Source: Anaerolineae bacterium
Lineage (GTDB): Bacteria > Chloroflexota > Anaerolineae > Aggregatilineales > Phototrophicaceae
DNA length: 64,000 nucleotides
Direction: 5' to 3'
Assembly: GCA_022821805.1 (NCBI GenBank)
Contig: JAJECX010000040.1
Span: 6,929-70,928, forward strand
Part shown: positions 46,605 to 55,892 of the stretch, piece after piece
Layout of the letters: every line of letters starts with the position of its first letter
Numbering within the stretch: position 1 is the stretch's first letter
The notes under the pieces: generated by a model
Database searches by the model: none
What the model saw: only the letters and a program-made list of their open reading frames with translations
Told to the model about the DNA's origin: nothing
Translations under genes and position numbers: made by a program

Positions 46605-47555
46605 ATGACAACAGTAAGAGGAGCAGCCGAAATCGGCGGCGGGCTCTGGCATTGGCTGATGCAGGATACGATGGACGGTCTGCGCCGACGCCGCGCCATT
46701 CTTGGATATGTGTTCCTGCTTCCGACTTTGCTTGGCATCTTCATTTTCACGGCGGGTCCAGTCTTCGTGTCCTTCGGTCTCAGCTTGTTCCGCTGGAATA
46801 TCTTCAAGCCGCCTGATTACATAGAGTTGGCCAACTATGAGCGCCTGCTGCGCGATGCCAGAATCGCCATCAGCTTTGGCAATACGCTGAAATTCACTGT
46901 TTTGGCGGTCGCTACGCAAGTGTCCATCGGCTTGATTCTGGCTTTGGCGGTGCACCGAATTACCAATACCGCAATGCGCTATTATTTCCGCACCACTTTT
47001 TTCTTGCCGCTATTGATGTCGGGCGCCGCTGTTGCCGTTGTCATGGGATATATCTTTCACAAAGAATTTGGACCTCTAAACTATTACCTCGGTTTATTAG
47101 GCGTACAGCAGATTCCGTGGAAGACATCAGCTGATTGGGTGATGGTCACTATTGTCATCACGTCAGCGTGGCGCAACTTGGGATTCACATTCATTTTGTT
47201 CATAGGCGGGCTGTCAAATATCTCGCAGGAAGTTCTTGATGCGGCTGATGTTGATGGCGCGCAGGGCTTTCGGCGCTTGTGGTCGGTGACGATCCCGCTG
47301 CTCAGCCCGCAAATCCTCTTCGCCACGGTCACAGGTGTTATTGGCGCGGTTCAGGTGTTTGAAGAACCCTTTATCATGACGCGCGGCGGGCCGGGCAATG
47401 CCAGCCGAACCGCGGTAATGGTGATGTATGAACACGCGTTCAAAGATATCGAATACGGTTATGGCTCCGCCATTGCCGTTGTATTGTTCTTGGTCATCAT
47501 GGCTTTCACCGCGACGCAGATGTGGATGAGCCGGCGCTGGGTCTTCTATCAGTAA
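46605..47555 (+). CDS. ABC transporter permease (MalF-like)
   Basis: Multi-TM; DAADVDGAQGFRRLWSVTIP loop; GAGGA upstream. Confidence 0.85.
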   Translation: MTTVRGAAEIGGGLWHWLMQDTMDGLRRRRAILGYVFLLPTLLGIFIFTAGPVFVSFGLSLFRWNIFKPPDYIELANYERLLRDARIAISFGNTLKFTVLAVATQVSIGLILALAVHRITNTAMRYYFRTTFFLPLLMSGAAVAVVMGYIFHKEFGPLNYYLGLLGVQQIPWKTSADWVMVTIVITSAWRNLGFTFILFIGGLSNISQEVLDAADVDGAQGFRRLWSVTIPLLSPQILFATVTGVIGAVQVFEEPFIMTRGGPGNASRTAVMVMYEHAFKDIEYGYGSAIAVVLFLVIMAFTATQMWMSRRWVFYQ

Positions 47556-47588
47556 GCACGGGCATTGGTCAACCGCTGGGGAGCTGTA

Positions 47589-48476
47589 ATGACCGCTAAT
47601 GTAATTCGCAATCCAGGTGACGTAAGCGCGCTGGAGCACCAACGGCAGGTCTTGGTTCATCGCGCGGGCAAGATCGTGCCGGTCGTATTGTTATTCATGT
47701 TGAGTATGGTGGTGATCGCGCCCGTGGTCTGGACCATCTCGACATCATTGCGGAAAGGTACCGAGTCCTTTACCGTTCCGCCGCGTTGGCTGCCGACCGA
47801 TATGGCGATTGAGAATTATGAAGAAGTGTTTCGGAAAGTGCCCTTCGGCCGTCAAATTATTAACAGTACGCTAATCACCTGGGGCACGGTAATCGGCCAA
47901 CTCTTTTCTGCCTCGTTGGCGGGATATGCCTTTGCCCGTTTGGAGTTCCGCGGGCGGGATGCTTTATTCTGGATAGTGCTGGCGACCATGATGATACCGA
48001 TTCAAGCGGTGGTCATCCCCGTCTTTATATTCCTCAGGAATCTGGGATTAGTGGATACACTTTGGTCGCTCATTTTGCCAGCTGTGCCGACAGCTTTCGG
48101 CACTTTTTTGTTGCGGCAATATTTCCTCACCGTTCCGATTGAGTTGGAGGAGTCGGGCTTAATCGACGGCGCTAATCAGTGGCAACTCTTTTATCGTATT
48201 TACTTGCCGCTCGTCAAGCCGGGGATGGCGGTGCTGGCGGTACTCAGCTTCAATTTTCATTGGAACGAATTTTTCCGTCCGCTCATATTCCTGATCGACA
48301 ACGATAATTTCCCTATCACCTTGGGGATTTTCCAACTGCAAGGCTACATGATGACCGGGGCAATCGCCGTTGTATTGGCGGGTGTCGTCATGTCTCTTGT
48401 GCCAGTCATCATCATCTATCTCTTCGGCCAGCGTTACCTGATCGAAGGCATCATGCGCGGCGCGATCAAGGGCTAG
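47589..48476 (+). CDS. ABC transporter permease (MalG-like)
   Basis: Track ORF trimmed to the ATG at 47589 (GGGGAG upstream). ESGLIDGANQWQLFYRIYLP loop. Confidence 0.85.
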   Translation: MTANVIRNPGDVSALEHQRQVLVHRAGKIVPVVLLFMLSMVVIAPVVWTISTSLRKGTESFTVPPRWLPTDMAIENYEEVFRKVPFGRQIINSTLITWGTVIGQLFSASLAGYAFARLEFRGRDALFWIVLATMMIPIQAVVIPVFIFLRNLGLVDTLWSLILPAVPTAFGTFLLRQYFLTVPIELEESGLIDGANQWQLFYRIYLPLVKPGMAVLAVLSFNFHWNEFFRPLIFLIDNDNFPITLGIFQLQGYMMTGAIAVVLAGVVMSLVPVIIIYLFGQRYLIEGIMRGAIKG

Positions 48477-48504
48477 CCGTGTCGAACCGAGATTGTCTGC
48501 GCGA

Positions 48505-49917
48505 ATGAGCGTCTTCTACAAGCCGGCCGACGGATTCCTCGGCGATGTCATCCCCTTTTACTGGGATGGCGTCTACCATGCCTTCTACCTGAAAGCGCCC
48601 TTGCCGCCATTGCGCGACGGCGCGCATCATACACCCTACGCTCATCTGACCTCGCGCGATCTCGTCCATTGGGAGGAGCTGCCGCTCGCCATTGAGCCGG
48701 GTCCACCCGAGTCGCCCGACTCGGTGAGCTGCTTCACCGGTGCAGTCATTGAGCGGAATGGGACCTTCTATATGTTTTATACCGGCTTCCGCGGCGAGGA
48801 TGAGCCGCAGACGGTTTGCCTGGCGACCAGCGTTGACCTGATCAAATGGGAAAAGGATCCGCGCAACCCGATCATCAAGGCCGATCCGCGCTGGTACGAA
48901 ACCGTCGATTGGCGCGATCCTTTCCCCTTCTGGAATGAGGAGGCGGGCGAATACTGGATGCTGCTGGCGGCGCGCGAGAAGCAGGGACCGGATAATCGGC
49001 GCGGCTGCATCGCGCTGATGACATCGCCCGATCTTGAAACCTGGGAAGTCAAACCGCCATTCTGGTCGCCGCGTCTCTATTACACGCATGAATGTCCGGA
49101 TCTGTTCCGCTGGGATGATCACTGGGTGTTGGTCTATTCGACTTTCAGCGAGCGCAACGTCACGCATTGCCGTCTGAGCAAATCGCTCGCTGGTCCCTGG
49201 CTGGCGCCGGAAAACGACAGCTTTGACGGACGCGCCTTTTACGCTGCCAAGACCGCTGGCGATGGCGAGCGGCGCTACGTATTCGGCTGGAACCCCACGC
49301 GCGAAGACGAGCGCGATGAGGGGGCTTGGCAGTGGGCTGGCCATCTGGTCGTGCATGAACTCCATGAATTGACGGCGGCGGGCTTCACCCTGGGCTCGCC
49401 ATCCGCGCAAGATGACTTGTTTACGCAATTGCGCGAATTGCAATTTCATTCCGAGATTGGCGATTGGCGGGTGGACAGGTCGATATTCGCCGCTGATGTC
49501 GTCGATGGTTTCGCCGCCTGCACACTTGGCGAAATGCCCGAGACCGCTTTGATAGAAGCGCGCATCAGCGGGCAGTTGGGCACACGCGGATGCGGCTTGC
49601 TGCTCCGCTGCGCTGCCAATCTGGAGCGCTACTATCAGATTCGTTGGGAGCCGGGGCGGGGGCGGGTCGTAATCGACCGTTGGCCCCGACCAGGAGACGA
49701 GCCATTTATGCTGGAGCGCGCCATTCCCGGCGCCAGCGCTGACGAGTTGCGGCTCAAGATATTTGTCGACGCATCCATTCTGGTCGTTTACATCAATGAG
49801 GAACTCGCTTTGAATTGCCGCATGTATAACCACAGTGGCGGCGCGCTTGGCTTATTTGTGTCGGAAGGCGGCGCCGCCTTTGACAATGTGACGATGCGAA
49901 CTTTGCCGCTTCAATAA
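48505..49917 (+). CDS. glycoside hydrolase family 32-like protein (divergent nucleophile motif)
   Basis: WRDPFPFW (RDP motif), HECPDLF (EC motif), CFTGAVI. The N-terminal motif is FLGDVIPFYWDGVYHAFYL instead of WMNDPNG. Start (48493 TTG or 48505 ATG) uncertain. Confidence 0.75.
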   Translation: MSVFYKPADGFLGDVIPFYWDGVYHAFYLKAPLPPLRDGAHHTPYAHLTSRDLVHWEELPLAIEPGPPESPDSVSCFTGAVIERNGTFYMFYTGFRGEDEPQTVCLATSVDLIKWEKDPRNPIIKADPRWYETVDWRDPFPFWNEEAGEYWMLLAAREKQGPDNRRGCIALMTSPDLETWEVKPPFWSPRLYYTHECPDLFRWDDHWVLVYSTFSERNVTHCRLSKSLAGPWLAPENDSFDGRAFYAAKTAGDGERRYVFGWNPTREDERDEGAWQWAGHLVVHELHELTAAGFTLGSPSAQDDLFTQLRELQFHSEIGDWRVDRSIFAADVVDGFAACTLGEMPETALIEARISGQLGTRGCGLLLRCAANLERYYQIRWEPGRGRVVIDRWPRPGDEPFMLERAIPGASADELRLKIFVDASILVVYINEELALNCRMYNHSGGALGLFVSEGGAAFDNVTMRTLPLQ

Positions 49918-49921
49918 TCTG

Positions 49922-51574
49922 ATGAGCGAAGAAAAGCCCTTCCCCACACAGAAAACCTATCAGCCGGGCATCGTGTTCCAGCCGGAGGCGCACAGGCATA
50001 TCGGCGCTGGCATCAATAAGCTGGTCGCCGCGATCCGCCCAACCCTCGGTCCGACTCCGCGCACGGTCGCCATGACCCGTCTTGACGACGTACGCAAAAC
50101 GCCCGAAGTCCTCGACAGCGGCGGCATCATTGCGCGCAAGGTGATCGAGATGGGGCGGCGAGACGAAGATATGGGGGCGATGCTGGCGCGCGCGCTCATC
50201 TGCGCGCAGCACGAGCGAATGGGCGATGGCAGCGCCACGGCGGCGGTCCTTTTGCAAGCGATTTATAGCGGTGGCGTCCACTACCTCGCTTCCGGGGGCA
50301 ATGCGATGCGCCTGCGCCACTATCTCGAGCGCGCCCTCGTTGCCGCCCTCGATGGATTGGATGAGCTGACCGAGCCCGTTGCTGGCAAGGACGAACTCGC
50401 TAAAGTGGCTGAGTCCATCTGTCATGATCGACCGCTGTCAAAGCTGCTGGGCGAAATCTTCGACATCATCGGCGCTTTTGGCCAGTTGGACGTTCGCAAA
50501 GATCACAGCCGCATCCTGCGCCGCGAGTATATCGAAGGCATGTTTTGGAATAGCGGTCTGGTTTCGCGTGATATGATAACGAATCAAAAGGAATTGCAGA
50601 CCGTCTACGAAGAACCGGCGATCGTAATTGCCGATTTTCAGATCACCGACCCGCGGCAAATCATGCCAATGCTTGAATTGGCGGTGGATCACAAAGTCGA
50701 GAAGCTGCTGCTGATCGCGGGCGAACTTTCTGGCGATGCCATTGCCGGCTTGACGATGGCGAACGGCAAGTTGAAGAATTTCGAGGTTATGGCTGTCACT
50801 GGACCGGGAATGAATCCGGATGATCGGCAGGACGCAATAGAAGACCTCGCGGTTGTGACCGGTGGCCTCCCTTTGCTGAAGGTGACGGGACAGAATCTCA
50901 GGGACATCCGCTGGGAGAATTTTGGTCGGGCGCGGCGCGCTTGGGCGAGCCCGCACAATTTCGGCATCATCGGCGGCAAGGGCGATCCGCGTCACCTGCG
51001 GCGGCATGTAAGCAACTTGCAAACGCAATATGAGCGAACAGATGACGCGGAGAACCGCGGACGAATTCGCGCGCGCATCGGCAAACTGATGGGCGGTTCC
51101 GCCACGCTGTGGATTGGCGGACTCTCCGAGAGCGAGATTGAGGCGCGTAAGGAATTGGCGGAAGCGACGGCCGATGCGATGCGCGCCGCCGTGCGCGATG
51201 GCGTCTTGCCTGGCGGCGGAATGTCGTATTTGAATTGTCGCCGCCGTCTGAGGCCGCATTTGAACGATGCAGCCGACCCCGACGAAAGGGCGGCTTATCG
51301 CATCTTATACGAGGCGCTGGCGGAACCGGCGCGGACGATTTATGAGAATGCTGGTTACGAGCCGGGTGAAGTCCTCGGGTGGATTGCGCAGGCTGGTAAC
51401 CGGGGTGGATTCGATGTGATTCGCGAGAATCTCGCCGAATGCGGCAGCCTGTTGGATGCCGCCGCCGTACAGAAAATGGCGCTGAAAAATGCGGTAATGA
51501 CCGCTGGCATGGCGCTGACGATCGATGTATTGGTTCACCACCGGACGCCGGAAATCGCGCGCAGTCCCGGGTAA
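49922..51574 (+). CDS. divergent Cpn60/GroEL-family chaperonin paralog (550 aa)
   Basis: Collinear with GroEL by eye: LGPTPRT (GroEL LGPKGRN), GDGSATAAVLLQAI (GDGTTTATVLAQAI), KLMGGSATLWIGG (KLAGGVAVIKVGA), AAVRDGVLPGGG (AAVEEGVVAGGG). No GGM tail; no groES nearby. Confidence 0.8.
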   Translation: MSEEKPFPTQKTYQPGIVFQPEAHRHIGAGINKLVAAIRPTLGPTPRTVAMTRLDDVRKTPEVLDSGGIIARKVIEMGRRDEDMGAMLARALICAQHERMGDGSATAAVLLQAIYSGGVHYLASGGNAMRLRHYLERALVAALDGLDELTEPVAGKDELAKVAESICHDRPLSKLLGEIFDIIGAFGQLDVRKDHSRILRREYIEGMFWNSGLVSRDMITNQKELQTVYEEPAIVIADFQITDPRQIMPMLELAVDHKVEKLLLIAGELSGDAIAGLTMANGKLKNFEVMAVTGPGMNPDDRQDAIEDLAVVTGGLPLLKVTGQNLRDIRWENFGRARRAWASPHNFGIIGGKGDPRHLRRHVSNLQTQYERTDDAENRGRIRARIGKLMGGSATLWIGGLSESEIEARKELAEATADAMRAAVRDGVLPGGGMSYLNCRRRLRPHLNDAADPDERAAYRILYEALAEPARTIYENAGYEPGEVLGWIAQAGNRGGFDVIRENLAECGSLLDAAAVQKMALKNAVMTAGMALTIDVLVHHRTPEIARSPG

Positions 51575-51591
51575 GGTCACAAGTCTTGGAT

Positions 51592-52521
51592 ATGAGCGTT
51601 ACGCTTGATTTAGCCAATGCAGATGACGCGACTTATGCCTTGGCGGCATCGCCGGATTTCGCGCGAGATGGCATCTGTTTCGCCGCTTGCGGCTCCGGGC
51701 TGTACCGCTCGCGCGACGGCGGCGAAAGCTGGCGCAAGCTGCGGACATCCTCCGAGTTGGTCACCACAGCCGTAGCGGTATCGCCCGCCTTCGCGCAAGA
51801 CCGTTCGGTATTCGCCGCGGTGAAGGGTGGGATCCTGCGCTCAGGCGATGCTGGCGAGACCTGGTTCACCGCCGCTTTCCCGGCGCCGCCACCTGTCTTT
51901 TCCAGTTTGTTAGGTTCACCGGACTTTGAACGCGATGGTTTTCTGCTGGCCGCTACCATAGAAGACGGTGTCTTTTCGTCGACCGATCGCGGCGCGCGCT
52001 GGCAGCCTTGGAATTTCGGCCTCTTTGATCTGAATGTTCTCTGTATCGCTTTATCGCCAGCCTGGATTGATAACGAGACCGTCTACGCGGGCACGGAAAC
52101 GGGCTTCTACCGCAGCGCCAACGGCGGCCGCGCCTGGCGCCATACCGGCTTTCCCGCTGAATGCGCGCCGGCGCTTTGTATCGCCTGCATTAAAGATGGT
52201 GATTCTCGCGCAACGCGACTTATTGTGGGCACGGAGCAGCATGGGTTGTTAGCTTCCTGTGACAATGGCGAGACCTGGGAGCGACTCGCGACCGACTCAA
52301 TTACCGGCGCCGTGAATCAACTGCACGTGAGTAGTCGCGGCGATGGCAGCTTGACAGTATTCGCGCTGGTGGAAGAGGGCATCTTGCGCTCAGACGATGC
52401 AGGCGTTACCTGGACCGAGACGCTGCGCGTGCCGGGGATGCCGACGGCGATGCTGCCGCTCGCTGACCGCATTCTGCTGGGTGTCGATGGGCGAGGCGTA
52501 GCGCTCCTGCCATCCCGTTGA
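51592..52521 (+). CDS. six-bladed BNR/Asp-box beta-propeller protein (309 aa)
   Basis: Trimmed to MSVTLDLANADD... Six Asp-boxes: SRDGGESW, SGDAGETW, STDRGARW, SANGGRAW, SCDNGETW, SDDAGVTW. No signal peptide seen. Confidence 0.75.
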   Translation: MSVTLDLANADDATYALAASPDFARDGICFAACGSGLYRSRDGGESWRKLRTSSELVTTAVAVSPAFAQDRSVFAAVKGGILRSGDAGETWFTAAFPAPPPVFSSLLGSPDFERDGFLLAATIEDGVFSSTDRGARWQPWNFGLFDLNVLCIALSPAWIDNETVYAGTETGFYRSANGGRAWRHTGFPAECAPALCIACIKDGDSRATRLIVGTEQHGLLASCDNGETWERLATDSITGAVNQLHVSSRGDGSLTVFALVEEGILRSDDAGVTWTETLRVPGMPTAMLPLADRILLGVDGRGVALLPSR

Positions 52522-52545
52522 CCAAGCTGGAAGGGGTTGAGTTCA

Positions 52546-53400
52546 GTGGAAAGCAACATTTACTCGTTCACAGTGGGCGACTTCAAATGCGTATCGATCA
52601 GCGATGGCTTGCAGCCGATTGACGCCGAAATGCTGCCGACTTTCTTCGCGGGCGCCTCTCCCCAAGAATTGGCGATCGTCCTGCGGCGACACGGAATGTC
52701 GCCGGACGGTTTTGATCTGCAATGCAGTCCGCTGCTGATTGACACCGGCGACGAGCGCGTCCTGATCGACAGCGGCGGCGGCTCGGTTTTTCATTCGCAC
52801 TTGGGTAAAGTCATCCCCGGTTTGGCGGCGGCCGGTTATCAACCCAGCGCTATCGATATCATTGTGCTGACGCATGGGCACCTTGATCACGTCTGTGGCG
52901 GCATTGATGAAAACGGCTTAATGGTCTTCCCGCGGGCGCGGCAGCTCATGACGCGGGGCGAGTGGGAGTATTGGACGGAGGAAACGGAGGCCGGGGCAAT
53001 GGGTGAGCGGTTTGTCGAGGATGTGCGATTCACCCAGGAATGTTTGCGCGCCATGCGGGCGCAGGTCGAGTTGATTGAGCCCGGTGACGAGGTTGCGCCT
53101 GGCATCCAAGTGCTAGCGACCCCAGGCCACACGCGCGACCATATTTCGCTAGCGGTCAAATCCGGCGAAAGCCGACTCATCTGCGCCGCTGATACGATGG
53201 ATCTGCCGATCCACATCGAGCGGACGGATTGGCATCCCGATTGGGACGAGCAGCCGGAAACGGGACTGCGATCGCGGCGCAGGCTGCTGCGGCGGGCTGC
53301 CGACGAAAACGCGCTTTTGCACGCATTCCACTTTCCTTTTCCCGGTGTCGGTTACGTGCGCGCCGATGGCGAAGGCTGGCGATTCGAGCCGCTCGAATAG
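52546..53400 (+). CDS. MBL-fold metallo-hydrolase
   Basis: HGHLDH (HxHxDH) motif and ATPGHTRDH. GTG at 52546 preferred over TTG at 52537 because of GGAAGGGG spacing. Confidence 0.8.
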   Translation: MESNIYSFTVGDFKCVSISDGLQPIDAEMLPTFFAGASPQELAIVLRRHGMSPDGFDLQCSPLLIDTGDERVLIDSGGGSVFHSHLGKVIPGLAAAGYQPSAIDIIVLTHGHLDHVCGGIDENGLMVFPRARQLMTRGEWEYWTEETEAGAMGERFVEDVRFTQECLRAMRAQVELIEPGDEVAPGIQVLATPGHTRDHISLAVKSGESRLICAADTMDLPIHIERTDWHPDWDEQPETGLRSRRRLLRRAADENALLHAFHFPFPGVGYVRADGEGWRFEPLE

Positions 53401-53431
53401 AAGCCAACTACGTAACGGAAGCGAGACTAAA

Positions 53432-54172
53432 ATGTTATTAGAGGGCAGAGTGGCAATAATCACGGGCGCGGCGTCAGGAATCGGCCGCGCCACCGCGCGT
53501 CGCTTCGCGCGGGAAGGCGCAGCGGTTGTCATCGCCGATATCGATCGCGACGGCGGCAATGCTTGTGTCAGCGAGATAGTCGACGATGGCGGCCGAGCGA
53601 TATTCGTCGAAACTGACGTGAGCCGCGAATCCGATCTGCGCAATATGGTCGAAACTGCGATTCGGACCTACGGCGGACTGGATATACTCCATAACAACGC
53701 CTTTTGGCTTGGGGTGGGCAGCGCCCGGGATGTCTCTGAAGAAGCCTGGCAGCGTACGCTGGCGGTTACCCTAACGGCTGTCTGGCAGGGGTCCAAGCTG
53801 GCGATTCCCCATCTGCTGAGGAGCCCGGCCGGCGTCATTTTGAACACAGCTTCCGTTCACAGTATCGTTGGATTGACGGGCAGCGCGGCCTATCAGGCGG
53901 CCAAGGGCGGTGTACTCTCGCTGACACGCGCGATGTCGCTGGAGCTGGCGCCGAAGGTCCGTGTCATCGCAATCCTGCCGGGCGCGATTGAGACGCCAGC
54001 GACGGATAGATCTCCCCCCGACTCGCATGAGGAATTTCTTCGGAAAGTGCCGATGCGACGAATAGGTCAAGCGAACGAAATCGCCAGCGTAGCCGCTTTT
54101 CTCGCTTCCGACGAGGCCAGTTATATCACGGGAACCGGCATCGTCGTCGATGGCGGCTACACGACAGGATAG
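53432..54172 (+). CDS. SDR family oxidoreductase
   Basis: Trimmed to MLLEGRVAIITGAASGIGRATA; YQAAKGGV catalytic YxxxK. Confidence 0.85.
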   Translation: MLLEGRVAIITGAASGIGRATARRFAREGAAVVIADIDRDGGNACVSEIVDDGGRAIFVETDVSRESDLRNMVETAIRTYGGLDILHNNAFWLGVGSARDVSEEAWQRTLAVTLTAVWQGSKLAIPHLLRSPAGVILNTASVHSIVGLTGSAAYQAAKGGVLSLTRAMSLELAPKVRVIAILPGAIETPATDRSPPDSHEEFLRKVPMRRIGQANEIASVAAFLASDEASYITGTGIVVDGGYTTG

Positions 54173-54236
54173 ACCTACTTTACAAATGCCCAAAGCAATT
54201 ATTATTCGTCAGGCATAGAGAAGAGAGTCAAGGATC

Positions 54237-55856
54237 GTGAGCACTAACAGCAAAAGCGGAATACTTTCAAAGGCGCCGCAGTATGAGTTCGCTGCAAACT
54301 TGCCTGAGCAAGAAGCGCAGCTTGCTGCCAATCCCATGATGGCGCGCTTCGCCGACTCTCGTCAATCGCTGAAAAGCGACCCGCACCGTCCGCTGTATCA
54401 CTTTGTTAGCCCCGAAAGCACATTGAATGACCCCAACGGGCTCAGCTTCTGGCAGGGCCGCTGGCACTTGTTTTATCAGGGATATCCGCCGGAAGACGCG
54501 GGTCGAGTGCATTGGGGTCACGCGGTCAGCGACGATCTGATCCACTGGCGCGACTTGCCCTACGCAATTTATCCCTATCAGGAAGAAAGCTGTTATTCCG
54601 GAACGGCGCTGGTCGAGGACGATCGCGTGATCGCCATTTACCACGGGACGAGGCTGGGCAATATGGTCGCCACGTCTTCCGATCCGCTCTTGCTCAATTG
54701 GGAAAAAGTGGGCGATGGCGCCGTCATCCCGCTGCCGAAGTCAGAAGCTGAACAGTTGCCCTATACCGTCTTTGATCCCTGCATCTGGCGCAAGGACGAT
54801 CATTACTACGCGCTCTCAGGCGGCTGGCTGCCAAATGGACCAGCCAACAAACAGATCCGCGCCAATTTCTTGTTCCGTTCAAGTGATCTTGCGCATTGGG
54901 AGTACCTGCATCCCTTTATTGAGGATGACTTTTACACTGTAGTAAACGATGACGGCGCCTGTCCATATTTCTGGCCAATTGGCGCTGACAAACACATCTT
55001 CCTGATGTACAGCCATATGACCGGCGGGCAATATCTGCTGGGCGATTACGAGAAGGCGCGCGACAAATTCGTCGTCACCGATGGCGGCTTGTTCAATTTC
55101 GGTCCCTCCACGCCATCGGGTGTGCACGCGCCATCGGCGGCGCCCGATGGAAAAGGCGGCGTAGTCGTGATCTTCAACATGAATCAAGGCATCCCGACAC
55201 GAGGCTGGAACCAGATCATGACCTTGCCGCGGCTGCTGACGCTGGATGATGACGATCGGTTGCTGCAGCAGCCGGCCGGCGACATTGAGTCGCTGCGCTA
55301 CGATCACCAACAGATCGACGCGATAACGCTGCCAGCGAATCAAGAGATCGTGCTTGATGACGTCAGCGGCAATGCGATGGAATTGGCGCTGGAGATTGAC
55401 CCGGGCGATGCGCCCCTGGTGGAGTTGAACCTGCTGCGCGCGCCGAATCGGGAAGAATATACCCGGATTGCCTTCTTTAAGCATCGCGGCAATCGCTACC
55501 GCCAGCGCCTGTCCAAGACGCAGGCGATGAATGCCAGCTCGGCGGCAATGGCGTCGCTGCCGCAGCGCTACGAGAGCTTGATATCCATCGACACATCCTA
55601 TAGCTCACTGCTGCCGGAAGCGCTTTCGCGCGCGCCGGAAACGGCGCCGGTATTCCTGGAAGATGACGAACCGCTGCAGTTGCGCGTCTTCATTGATCGC
55701 AGCGTGGTGGAGGTCTACGCCAACGGCCGGCAATGTGTCGCCCTGCGTGTGTATCCAACGCGCGCGGACAGCGTCGGCGTCTCGCTGTGGGCGCAAGGAC
55801 GGGCGGCGCAGCTGAATCGGCTCGACGCCTGGCAAATGAAGAGCGTCTGGGAATAG
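54237..55856 (+). CDS. glycoside hydrolase family 32-like protein (canonical NDPNG, atypical RDP/EC positions)
   Basis: YHFVSPESTLNDPNGLSFWQGRWHLFYQ, CYSGTALV, WNQIMTLPRLLTL. FDPCIW sits where RDP is expected and GACPYF where WECP is expected. GTG start with AAGGA upstream. Confidence 0.75.
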   Translation: MSTNSKSGILSKAPQYEFAANLPEQEAQLAANPMMARFADSRQSLKSDPHRPLYHFVSPESTLNDPNGLSFWQGRWHLFYQGYPPEDAGRVHWGHAVSDDLIHWRDLPYAIYPYQEESCYSGTALVEDDRVIAIYHGTRLGNMVATSSDPLLLNWEKVGDGAVIPLPKSEAEQLPYTVFDPCIWRKDDHYYALSGGWLPNGPANKQIRANFLFRSSDLAHWEYLHPFIEDDFYTVVNDDGACPYFWPIGADKHIFLMYSHMTGGQYLLGDYEKARDKFVVTDGGLFNFGPSTPSGVHAPSAAPDGKGGVVVIFNMNQGIPTRGWNQIMTLPRLLTLDDDDRLLQQPAGDIESLRYDHQQIDAITLPANQEIVLDDVSGNAMELALEIDPGDAPLVELNLLRAPNREEYTRIAFFKHRGNRYRQRLSKTQAMNASSAAMASLPQRYESLISIDTSYSSLLPEALSRAPETAPVFLEDDEPLQLRVFIDRSVVEVYANGRQCVALRVYPTRADSVGVSLWAQGRAAQLNRLDAWQMKSVWE

Positions 55857-55892
55857 CGCCCCGCTCGAGATAGACAAGCAACTGGATAGCCC

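Noticed and set aside
49922-51574. Calling the Cpn60-family gene the housekeeping groEL.
   Set aside because: There is no groES upstream and no Gly-Met C-terminal tail. The protein diverges strongly from the GroEL consensus outside the nucleotide site, and it is placed inside a catabolic operon. It is treated as a paralog of unknown role instead.
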